From the IMG/VR virus record IMGVR_UViG_3300047551_000990: DNA of 34,103 nucleotides; one strand, 5' to 3'. Positions 17,403 to 24,357 of the stretch are shown piece after piece. Source of the stretch: a virus. How positions within the stretch are numbered: position 1 is the first letter of the stretch; each line of letters opens with the position of its first letter. The translations under genes and the position numbers were made by a program. The notes beneath the pieces were generated by a model, which was not told the DNA's origin, made no database searches, and was given only the letters and a program-made list of their open reading frames with translations.

Positions 17403-19478
17403 TTATGCGCCCATCAACATAAAACTTGCTGGATAAACATTGAGTTCTGAACCAGATGGACCTGTTGCACCTGTTGGCCCAGTAGAACCTGTTGAACCAA
17501 CTGGACCTGTTGCGCCTGTTGCACCTACTGGACCAGTTGCACCAACGGGACCAGTTGCACCAACAGGACCAGTTGCACCAACGGGTCCTGTAGCACCTAC
17601 TGGACCAGTTGCACCAACGGGACCAGTTGCACCAGTATCACCTTGAACGCCTTGTGGTCCAGTCGCGCCAACTGGACCTGTTGCCCCAACTGCTCCAGTT
17701 GCACCAACTGCGCCAGTTGCACCTACTGGTCCTGTTGCACCTGTTGGTCCAACAAGATTGACACCAGCAGGCCATACACCAGCGGCCTTTGGTCCAAAAA
17801 TTTGATTACTTGAAGTGTTGATATAGAAGTCGCCATTAACGCCTTCAGTAGTAGGGTCAACAGTGCCATTAAGAACTGAAAATCCTTGTGGTCCTGTTAC
17901 ACCTGTTGGACCTGTTGCACCGACTGGTCCTGTGGCACCTATTGGTCCTGTAGCACCAACTGGTCCTGTTGCACCGACATCACCTTGAATTCCTTGAACA
18001 CCTTGTGGTCCTGTTGCACCAGTTGCGCCAACTGCGCCTTGTGGTCCTGTTGGTCCTGTTGGTCCTTCAGCGCCAGCAGGTCCTGTTACACCTGTTGGTC
18101 CTGTTGCTCCAACATCACCTTGAATTCCTTGTGGTCCTGTGGCACCTACTGGTCCTGTTGCACCTACTGGTCCTGTTGCGCCAACTGGTCCTGTCGCTCC
18201 GACTGGTCCTGTTGCTCCAACATCGCCCTGAACGCCTTGTGGTCCAGTTGCGCCAATAGGTCCTGTTGGACCTGTGGCGCCTGTCGCACCTGTCGCACCA
18301 ACTGGTCCTGTAGCACCAACTGGTCCTGTTGCACCTGTCGGACCAACTACGCCTGCTGAAACAATTGCAACAATCAACTGATGATTGCTTGCAAAGTTTG
18401 TTGTGCCTGTACCACCTGATGCTGTAAGAGTTACTGGGACTTCAACATAGCCTGTTTGAAGTGTTGGTGTTGCCGATACTGTCCATTTTTGGTAGTTATC
18501 GGATAAAGATTTATCTTGAACAATAATTACATCGTTTGTTTTGATAAGCGCTAAAAATATGTCAATGTCAACGCCATCATCATTTATGTGACTGATATTG
18601 ATTTGAGTAGCAGAAATTTGTGTAGCATTATTCCAAAGAATGTCACCAGTGCTAGGGTCGCCCGTTGTGCTAGTTGTATTTGCTCTGTAGTCATAATAGT
18701 TAGCAGAACCACCGTCAGCACCAGTTGCTCCCGTTGCGCCTGTTGCACCTGTAGCACCTGTCGGTCCTGTAGCGCCTGTGGCTCCAATAGGTCCAGTAGG
18801 ACCTGTTGAGCCTGTTGGTCCTTGAATGTTTCCTACATTTTCCCATTGACTATTGCCAACGCTCCATACATAAAGGTCACCAGCGCCGACAATGTAAGCA
18901 TCGCCCTGGTTGCCAGTTGGATGTGCTGCTTGCAGCGCTGCAAGAGTTGCATAAGAACCAAGAATTTGAATTCCAGCACCAGTAGCGCCAGTTGCACCTG
19001 TCGGTCCAGTCGCACCAGTAATACCTGTAGGACCAGTAGCACCTGTTGCACCTACTGGGCCAGTTGAACCTTGAGGACCTGTTGCGCCAATTGAACCTGT
19101 AGCACCTGTTGCACCTACTGGACCAGTTGAACCAGTATCGCCTTGAGGACCTGTTGCACCGACATTACCTTGAATTCCAGTTGCACCAGTTGCGCCAACA
19201 TTTCCTTGAATGCCTTGAATTCCTTGAATACCTTGTGGGCCTGTTGCACCTGTTGGTCCAATATCGCCAGTTGCACCGACAGGACCTGTGACACCTGTTG
19301 GTCCTGTTAAACCTTGAACACCAGTTGGACCTGTTACACCTGTAGCACCAGTAGCACCTACTGGACCAGTTGCACCAGCAGGACCTGTTGCACCTGTTGG
19401 ACCGACGGGGCCTGCAACGCCAACATCGCTTACAACAACGGTGTTTGTATCTTCAATTATCTCGACTGTATTAGACAC
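17403..19478 (-). CDS. Collagen-like triple-helix repeat fibre protein.
   Basis: 691 aa with four long uninterrupted G-x-y tracts, mostly [12 protein letters not shown] triplets, separated by three non-collagen domains. Confidence 0.85.
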   Translation of the reverse strand: MSNTVEIIEDTNTVVVSDVGVAGPVGPTGATGPAGATGPVGATGATGVTGPTGVQGLTGPTGVTGPVGATGDIGPTGATGPQGIQGIQGIQGNVGATGATGIQGNVGATGPQGDTGSTGPVGATGATGSIGATGPQGSTGPVGATGATGPTGITGATGPTGATGATGAGIQILGSYATLAALQAAHPTGNQGDAYIVGAGDLYVWSVGNSQWENVGNIQGPTGSTGPTGPIGATGATGPTGATGATGATGATGADGGSANYYDYRANTTSTTGDPSTGDILWNNATQISATQINISHINDDGVDIDIFLALIKTNDVIIVQDKSLSDNYQKWTVSATPTLQTGYVEVPVTLTASGGTGTTNFASNHQLIVAIVSAGVVGPTGATGPVGATGPVGATGATGATGPTGPIGATGPQGVQGDVGATGPVGATGPVGATGPVGATGPVGATGPQGIQGDVGATGPTGVTGPAGAEGPTGPTGPQGAVGATGATGPQGVQGIQGDVGATGPVGATGPIGATGPVGATGPTGVTGPQGFSVLNGTVDPTTEGVNGDFYINTSSNQIFGPKAAGVWPAGVNLVGPTGATGPVGATGAVGATGAVGATGPVGATGPQGVQGDTGATGPVGATGPVGATGPVGATGPVGATGPVGATGPVGATGATGPVGSTGSTGPTGATGPSGSELNVYPASFMLMGA
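17521..17628. repeat. Six tandem 18-bp units inside the collagen-like gene. 17521-17556 is exactly repeated at 17593-17628.
   Basis: Units read directly: gcacctactggaccagtt, gcaccaacgggaccagtt, gcaccaacaggaccagtt, gcaccaacgggtcctgta, gcacctactggaccagtt, gcaccaacgggaccagtt. Confidence 0.85.
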
Positions 19479-19821
19479 GCGTTACCTCGCCTGCAACTGT
19501 GATTTGACCTTGGATAAGTCTTGTGACAACTCCCCCTGATGAAATCTCTAAATCATAAACATAAAAACCTGCATCAAGAGCAGCAGTCTGCACTGCTGTC
19601 GCTGACAAAACTAATTTACCTTGTGCGCCAGTGATAACGATGCCACCGTTAGATGTGTTCAATGTTAAGGCAGCAGTATCAGAATTATAGTTCTGACGCA
19701 ATTGCATCGCTGCTGTGTAGCCAGTTAGGTTTATGACGGTTCCAGCGGAATCTTTATAGATAACATTTAGATTCCAATTAGAACCTTGGTCCATTGTAAA
19801 ATTGTAAATACCAGCAGTCAT
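19471..19821 (-). CDS. Small beta-sandwich-like structural protein.
   Basis: 116 aa. [27 protein letters not shown]...[45 protein letters not shown]. This pattern is common in small Ig-like phage structural proteins. Confidence 0.45.
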   Translation of the reverse strand: MTAGIYNFTMDQGSNWNLNVIYKDSAGTVINLTGYTAAMQLRQNYNSDTAALTLNTSNGGIVITGAQGKLVLSATAVQTAALDAGFYVYDLEISSGGVVTRLIQGQITVAGEVTRV

Positions 19822-19955
19822 TACTTCTCCGTTGCCCAGACTAGGAATCCGCCAATTGCCATTAACGCCAGCGGAAGTGAAATCATTGCAACCCCGATTG
19901 TAAAGAGCGCAACACCAAAAACTTCAGCGGCAATTGCCCAATCTATTTTCTTCAT
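19821..19955 (-). CDS. Small membrane protein (44 aa, two hydrophobic helices), absent from the ORF track.
   Basis: MKKIDWAIAAEVFGVALFTIGVAMISLPLALMAIGGFLVWATEK. AAGGAG lies 5 nt upstream and overlaps the terL stop. Its TAA shares one base with the downstream ATG (TAATG). Confidence 0.5.
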   Translation of the reverse strand: MKKIDWAIAAEVFGVALFTIGVAMISLPLALMAIGGFLVWATEK

Positions 19956-19964
19956 TGTTACTCC

Positions 19965-21485
19965 TTACAGGTTTAGTGAAAAGAATTTTGGAACTGGCGC
20001 CTTTGCTTCAGGGGCGCTAGTGGCGCGGTCATAGCCAAAGATGCTGGCAACGGCTGCGTCAATCTTACGTTTGCTATTTGATTTGCTAACCATCACACCG
20101 CGTGAAGATTGCTTTGTCACACAGTTATTCATATGACGTGCTAAGCGTTCATCGCCATCGTGCGTGAAAGAACCATTAACAACTGCTTCATAAAACTTCT
20201 GCGTTGCTGGCACCATACGCTCGGCGCTGTTTGGATATGAGACTACTGGCAGTCCTTCTTCGTCGAGGACCATAAATGTTCGCTGCCATCTGGCAGGGTC
20301 GAAAACAATCTCTCGCACACTAAAGCGACTATCGCGTGCAGTGTTGATAATGGTTTGTTCGACTTCTGCGACTGGAACGTGCCAAGTGTTGTCTGCATCG
20401 TTTGGCCTTTCCCATAATCCAACAACCATCAAGTGTGGTTTTTCTCCACCAAGTAACCAAGCAACCAAAGCAGTTGAGTCATTAGAGAACGCACCATCAA
20501 ATGCCAAGATAACTTCTTCGCCTACTTCTGGTTCACGTTCTTTATCAATCAATGCTTCCCAAGTTCCAGAAGGAAGCCAGGCAGTCTGAGTAGATGTCCA
20601 GATGTTCAATCGTTTAGTTTTGAATTCTGCTTCTGGCGTCCTCAACACTGCGCTGGCAAAATCATCAGCGGCGCAAATATCTCCATAACCTGGGTTTGCA
20701 ATCAGCCAGGCTTCTTCAGTTCTGTAATCAATCAAATCATTGCCTTCATACCAAGCAAAGAAAAATGATGGGTCATTTACTTCACCGCTTACAATTCGTT
20801 TTCCGTAATTGTAAAGGTCATAGCAAAGTGAATCTTTACCGCTTGAATCTACTTTAACACCAGCAGTTGTAATCGCTACCAACATCGGGTCTTGTCTTGC
20901 GCCCATCGCCAGCGACATTACATCGAAGAGTTCACGATTTGGTTGTGCGTGTAATTCGTCAAAGGCTACAAAGGTTGGCGATAGACCTTCTTTGGTAAAT
21001 GCTTCAGCCGATAGCGCTCGATAACTTGTGCCATTCTTTGGATTGTAAATGGCATCGCGATAAACCTGCAAGAATTGCAATTCAGGTTCTAATCGAATCA
21101 TCTCTTTGACAGTTCCAAAAACAATTCTGGCTTGGTCACGGTCAGCAGCACAAGAATAAATCTCGCCACCTTGTGGTCCAAGAACTAGATGCTCCAATGC
21201 CACAGATGATAGCCACGCTGATTTACCTTGCTTGCGGGGAAGGCCAATCAAGGCAATCTTATGTTTTAACTTACCATTGTCTTTGACAGCAAATAGATTG
21301 CGAGTTAATTCCTTTTGCCAATCGCGGAATATCAATGGTTCGCCAGAACTACCTGCAACTGAATCTTTAGTTATCTTGCAAAGCGCCTCGGCGAAGTCAA
21401 TGACATCATCACCGCGAGAGCGTTGATATTCGTCGGGTGACACTGCCGAGATGTATTTCGGTGGCCATCCCCCAATGGCTGTCAT
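19965..21485 (-). CDS. terL: Terminase large subunit.
   Basis: 506 aa. Walker A-like GLPRKQGKS, Walker B-like TFVAFDELH, and a C-terminal nuclease region (AFDGAFSNDSTALV, KIDAAVA). A 1-nt overlap links it to terS. Confidence 0.9.
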   Translation of the reverse strand: MTAIGGWPPKYISAVSPDEYQRSRGDDVIDFAEALCKITKDSVAGSSGEPLIFRDWQKELTRNLFAVKDNGKLKHKIALIGLPRKQGKSAWLSSVALEHLVLGPQGGEIYSCAADRDQARIVFGTVKEMIRLEPELQFLQVYRDAIYNPKNGTSYRALSAEAFTKEGLSPTFVAFDELHAQPNRELFDVMSLAMGARQDPMLVAITTAGVKVDSSGKDSLCYDLYNYGKRIVSGEVNDPSFFFAWYEGNDLIDYRTEEAWLIANPGYGDICAADDFASAVLRTPEAEFKTKRLNIWTSTQTAWLPSGTWEALIDKEREPEVGEEVILAFDGAFSNDSTALVAWLLGGEKPHLMVVGLWERPNDADNTWHVPVAEVEQTIINTARDSRFSVREIVFDPARWQRTFMVLDEEGLPVVSYPNSAERMVPATQKFYEAVVNGSFTHDGDERLARHMNNCVTKQSSRGVMVSKSNSKRKIDAAVASIFGYDRATSAPEAKAPVPKFFSLNL

Positions 21486-21937
21486 TAGTTATCCCGTTTA
21501 TTTCTTCGCGCTAGCAATTCATCTAAGGCTGATGCCTTTTGAACTTCAGCAACACCAAGGCGTGAACGTGATGTTGGGTCAAAACCTAAAGCCGCTAATG
21601 ATTCACGAAAGGCTTTATTGACTGCTGTGAATGCGCGTGCATCTGCTGCTTCAAGTGTTGCCATAAATTTATTTTGCGCAGCGACGTTTGCATCAGCCAA
21701 TCTGCACGCAGTTTCCACCGCTTGCATATCTGAATCAGGAGAGAGCCAAGTGATTGCAGTTGCCCAAGCGCGTTCCCATAATCTTGCGCCTTCTGCTTGA
21801 AGGTACGCAGGTGTTTGTGGGATTTCGCGTGCCATCGCAAGTGGCGTCACACTGGCCAACGCAGGCAAAGGCCGTTGGCCTGGATTGCCTGTTGCCCTTT
21901 TTACTTCGATTGGTTTTGGTGGTCTGCCCGCTGTCAT
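21485..21937 (-). CDS. terS: Terminase small subunit, P27 family.
   Basis: MTAGRPPKPIEVKRATGNPGQRPLP...GFDPTSRSRLGV is the typical P27-type N- and C-terminal signature. Confidence 0.85.
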   Translation of the reverse strand: MTAGRPPKPIEVKRATGNPGQRPLPALASVTPLAMAREIPQTPAYLQAEGARLWERAWATAITWLSPDSDMQAVETACRLADANVAAQNKFMATLEAADARAFTAVNKAFRESLAALGFDPTSRSRLGVAEVQKASALDELLARRNKRDN

Positions 21938-22078
21938 TTTTTCCTTTTCAAATAAAAAACAAAATAAAACTGAGTTTCATAATTTCGCAGAGATGTACGA
22001 AGCCAGGGCGTCGGGGTGGATAGCCGTTCGCGTGTATGAGGATTTTAGGCGTACGGGAAGATGCCACGGGGGGGTGTT
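21938..22078. other. Intergenic region between HNH and terS. This is the likely location of the cos site and possibly a late promoter.
   Basis: 141-bp non-coding gap, the largest in the late region. It has an A/T-rich half and a G/C-rich half (cacgggggggtg, cgtcggggtgg). Placement follows the HNH-terS(P27)-terL arrangement. The exact ends cannot be read from the sequence. Confidence 0.3.
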
Positions 22079-22384
22079 CTATCTATCGCCTTTTTCGCTA
22101 TTGCATTTTCTGCACAACACTTGCAAGTTCGAGATTTCATAACGCAACGATGGGTCAAGGTCAACCAATGGAATGATGTGGTCAACTGTTAAATCTTTTG
22201 TTGCTCCACATTGTTTGCACCAAGGATGAATGGCACGCAATTGTTTAGATAACTTGCGCCACTTGTAATCGTAACCTCGGTCTAGCCTAGAGGGTCTGCC
22301 CCTCTCTTTGATTCGTTTGCATTGCAAACATCTAACATCACGAACAATAGTTCCGCAATCAACGCAAGGTCTAGGAAGCATCAT
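22079..22384 (-). CDS. HNH endonuclease, terminase-associated type.
   Basis: CVDCG...C..C, then WCKQCGATKDLTVDHIIPLV...NLQVLCRKCNSEKGD. It lies immediately upstream of terS. I prefer the start at MMLPRPC (22384). Confidence 0.8.
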   Translation of the reverse strand: MMLPRPCVDCGTIVRDVRCLQCKRIKERGRPSRLDRGYDYKWRKLSKQLRAIHPWCKQCGATKDLTVDHIIPLVDLDPSLRYEISNLQVLCRKCNSEKGDR

Positions 22385-22769
22385 CGTGTTTAACAAGATA
22401 TTCAATCGCCATTGCAAGATGTGATTGGCTATCCTTAAAGAATCCTAAACCTGAATTACATCTCCAACATAACAATCCACGAATTTTTAATGTTTCGTGA
22501 TTATGGTCAATGATTAACTTCTTACCAATCTCTTGAGCAGTGATGCCACATATTGCGCACGCATTGTTCTGTTCATCGAGCAATGTTTCATAATCTTCAC
22601 GATTGCCATTGCGAACAACCTTCCGATGAATCTGCCGACACGTTCTGCATATGTTGTGTCTTTTGTTTTCAATTACATTAACAAATCTGAAATTATCTAA
22701 TGATAGAACTCTAAGACATTTACGGCATTGCTTAGCGTCCTCATTCGATGTCCTCATCTTCTTCATCAT
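22371..22769 (-). CDS. Recombination endonuclease VII family protein.
   Basis: NNACAICGITAQEIGKKLIIDHNHETLKIRGLLCWRCNSGLGFFKD matches the T4 endo VII signature. Confidence 0.75.
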   Translation of the reverse strand: MMKKMRTSNEDAKQCRKCLRVLSLDNFRFVNVIENKRHNICRTCRQIHRKVVRNGNREDYETLLDEQNNACAICGITAQEIGKKLIIDHNHETLKIRGLLCWRCNSGLGFFKDSQSHLAMAIEYLVKHDDAS

Positions 22770-22941
22770 CCATTTCTAAACCGAGTGAAGCCATTCGGTC
22801 ACTGATAGGTAATGACATATACATCGTCAATGTGGATTGCACTGCCCTTGTGAGCAGAGTTTCGATTGCATCAAAAGGCAATGATTCGTCTGTTGATAAT
22901 TCTGTCTCAACTTCCCCGATACTAATTTGAATGTTTAGCAT
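22741..22941 (-). CDS. Small acidic hypothetical protein.
   Basis: 66-aa ORF ending LGLEMDDEEDEDIE, in an operon context with overlaps on both sides. Confidence 0.5.
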   Translation of the reverse strand: MLNIQISIGEVETELSTDESLPFDAIETLLTRAVQSTLTMYMSLPISDRMASLGLEMDDEEDEDIE

Positions 22942-23135
22942 CCTTTGATTTCCAATCGTGTGTCTAGTAGTTCGTCAATGAACTGTTCAACAATCTCACG
23001 TTGTTCGCTGGAGAAGTCTGACTTGTTGCGAGTAACCGCTGCGTGGAACAGGGCCTCATCTATCTCTTCAATTTGACTAGAGATAGCAGAATCTGATAAC
23101 GATAGTGTACCAGGTTCTTTTGACAACATTGTCAA
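22935..23135 (-). CDS. Small hypothetical protein.
   Basis: 66-aa ORF with 4-nt and 7-nt overlaps to its neighbours. Confidence 0.5.
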   Translation of the reverse strand: MTMLSKEPGTLSLSDSAISSQIEEIDEALFHAAVTRNKSDFSSEQREIVEQFIDELLDTRLEIKGC

Positions 23136-23872
23136 ATCTTCTTAGCATCAATGATGGCCGAAAGGTCATACATCTTGCCACGTCGTTCGATGTTGAATTT
23201 CTTAATGATTCGATAGATTTCTCTTTGGGTCATCTGTAACCAAAGGGCAATTGCTTCTACATCTAGGAAGAACTTCCTATTTGGGTTACTCATTGCCAGC
23301 GCCACCAATCTCAAGACAGTCCAACTTTGTTTGCATCCAAAGCAAGTTACATCAGTGTTTAAGTTCTCCACATCAATGACTACAAACTTTTTGCAATCAT
23401 CAGTCGGACAAGGTATTCGCCTGACTTGTTCTTTGAATTGTTTTGCGGCTGCTCGACCCTTTGCGTGCAACCCCAAAACCTCTCCTACGAATTCTAAGGC
23501 CCAAACCTGCGACATTGACCATTCCAGGTGGGTCAGATGAAAGTCACAGGTTGCCTGGACTTCAGCCTCAATAGTTGGCTCGCGTGGCACCAGCGCGGGC
23601 GGGGTCAACTGTCTATCCTCACGGATGACCTTCTCCCAGGAATGAAGGATGCTTAGTAAGTCATTTGCCATCACAAAGTCCAAGGCATTGACATTTATCC
23701 CAATCGAGCGTTCGGCGCTGACAATGCCACTGCCCGTGCGACCTGGTTGCAGGAAGAAGCCTGCCTGCCAGTGAAGGTCAGGCAACTCTGCTAGTGCAGC
23801 CCTAACCCGCGCCAGACATCTGATGCAGGCTGTCTTATCCTTAGAGTGACGATTACAGATGACGCATTGCAT
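23132..23872 (-). CDS. Zn-ribbon protein with a C-terminal helix-turn-helix; putative DNA-binding regulator.
   Basis: CVICN...CIRC at the N-terminus, CPTDDC...CFGC internally, and C-terminal LDVEAIALWLQMTQREIYRIIKKFNIERRG (HTH-like). I prefer the ATG at 23872 (TAATG coupling). The track start is 23923. Confidence 0.45.
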   Translation of the reverse strand: MQCVICNRHSKDKTACIRCLARVRAALAELPDLHWQAGFFLQPGRTGSGIVSAERSIGINVNALDFVMANDLLSILHSWEKVIREDRQLTPPALVPREPTIEAEVQATCDFHLTHLEWSMSQVWALEFVGEVLGLHAKGRAAAKQFKEQVRRIPCPTDDCKKFVVIDVENLNTDVTCFGCKQSWTVLRLVALAMSNPNRKFFLDVEAIALWLQMTQREIYRIIKKFNIERRGKMYDLSAIIDAKKI

Positions 23873-24228
23873 TAGAACGGAACTCCTTCTGATTCGCTTT
23901 TGGCTTTGACTGGTGCTGCCCAATAATTCGGGGCGCTCTCTATCGTTTCAAACAAACTCATATTGGAACAATGATGCTCTGCCAGAATCACACGGTCCTT
24001 ACTTGGGGCAGCCCATCTGATTCTATTGACCGACCTTTCAACCGCCTCAAATGAGACCCTGGTTCTATGTGCCTCAAATGTCTGTAACCCTGAAATCTTC
24101 TTGATGATTTCTTCCTCAATGGTCAACCGCTCTTTACCCAAGACTTTGGCAAAGCCTGCCCAAGAGATACCTGACCAAACGACGGCGGCGCAACGATTAC
24201 ATATGATGGGTTTGAAATCTCCAGTCAT
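23872..24228 (-). CDS. Hypothetical protein.
   Basis: 118-aa ORF with GAAAAGG upstream of the ATG at 24228. Confidence 0.5.
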   Translation of the reverse strand: MTGDFKPIICNRCAAVVWSGISWAGFAKVLGKERLTIEEEIIKKISGLQTFEAHRTRVSFEAVERSVNRIRWAAPSKDRVILAEHHCSNMSLFETIESAPNYWAAPVKAKSESEGVPF

Positions 24229-24249
24229 ATTACGAACCTTTTCGCCGCT

Positions 24250-24355
24250 GAACCGAACCGAACCTGAACCCCTCTAAAGAGGGGGTTCAGAGGTTCGGTT
24301 ATTCGGTGCTTTTGCCAGTTTTTACAGGTTCGGTTAGGTTCGGTTAGGTTCGGTT
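24250..24355. repeat. Iteron-like cluster of GGTTCGGTT / GGTTC motifs with a central imperfect palindrome; candidate origin of replication or protein-binding array.
   Basis: gaaccgaaccgaacc (24250-24264, inverted copies). Palindrome tgaacccctct-aa-agagggggttca (24265-24289). aggttcggtt at 24291-24300. Three perfect tandem aggttcggtt units at 24326-24355. A T-rich spacer gcttttgccagttttta lies between them. Confidence 0.5.
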
Positions 24356-24357
24356 GG

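Noticed and set aside
15749-17646. Pro-rich plus-strand ORFs (15749..15937, 16213..16629, 17440..17646).
   Set aside because: They are the reverse complement of glycine codons (GGN gives NCC) in the Gly-rich and collagen-like genes. The minus-strand genes have coupled starts and stops and conserved non-repeat blocks.
13293-19478. A diversity-generating retroelement or shufflon acting on the fibre genes.
   Set aside because: No reverse transcriptase or invertase gene is present. I saw no near-identical template/variable repeat pair or inverted crossover sites. The paralogues are diverged throughout at the DNA level.
17886-19502. Cys/Trp/Leu-rich ORFs on both strands inside the collagen gene (for example 17886..18359, 17969..18259, 18164..18346, 18822..19067).
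   Set aside because: They are alternative-frame artefacts of a periodic G-x-y repeat. Only the 691-aa frame runs uninterrupted through both repeat and non-repeat domains.
24250-24355. A CRISPR array or mini-array (also considered for the 18-bp repeats at 17521-17628).
   Set aside because: The repeats are 10 bp or 18 bp and directly tandem, with no unique spacers. The 18-bp set is in-frame coding sequence. No cas genes are present apart from a stand-alone Cas4-like nuclease typical of phage recombination modules.
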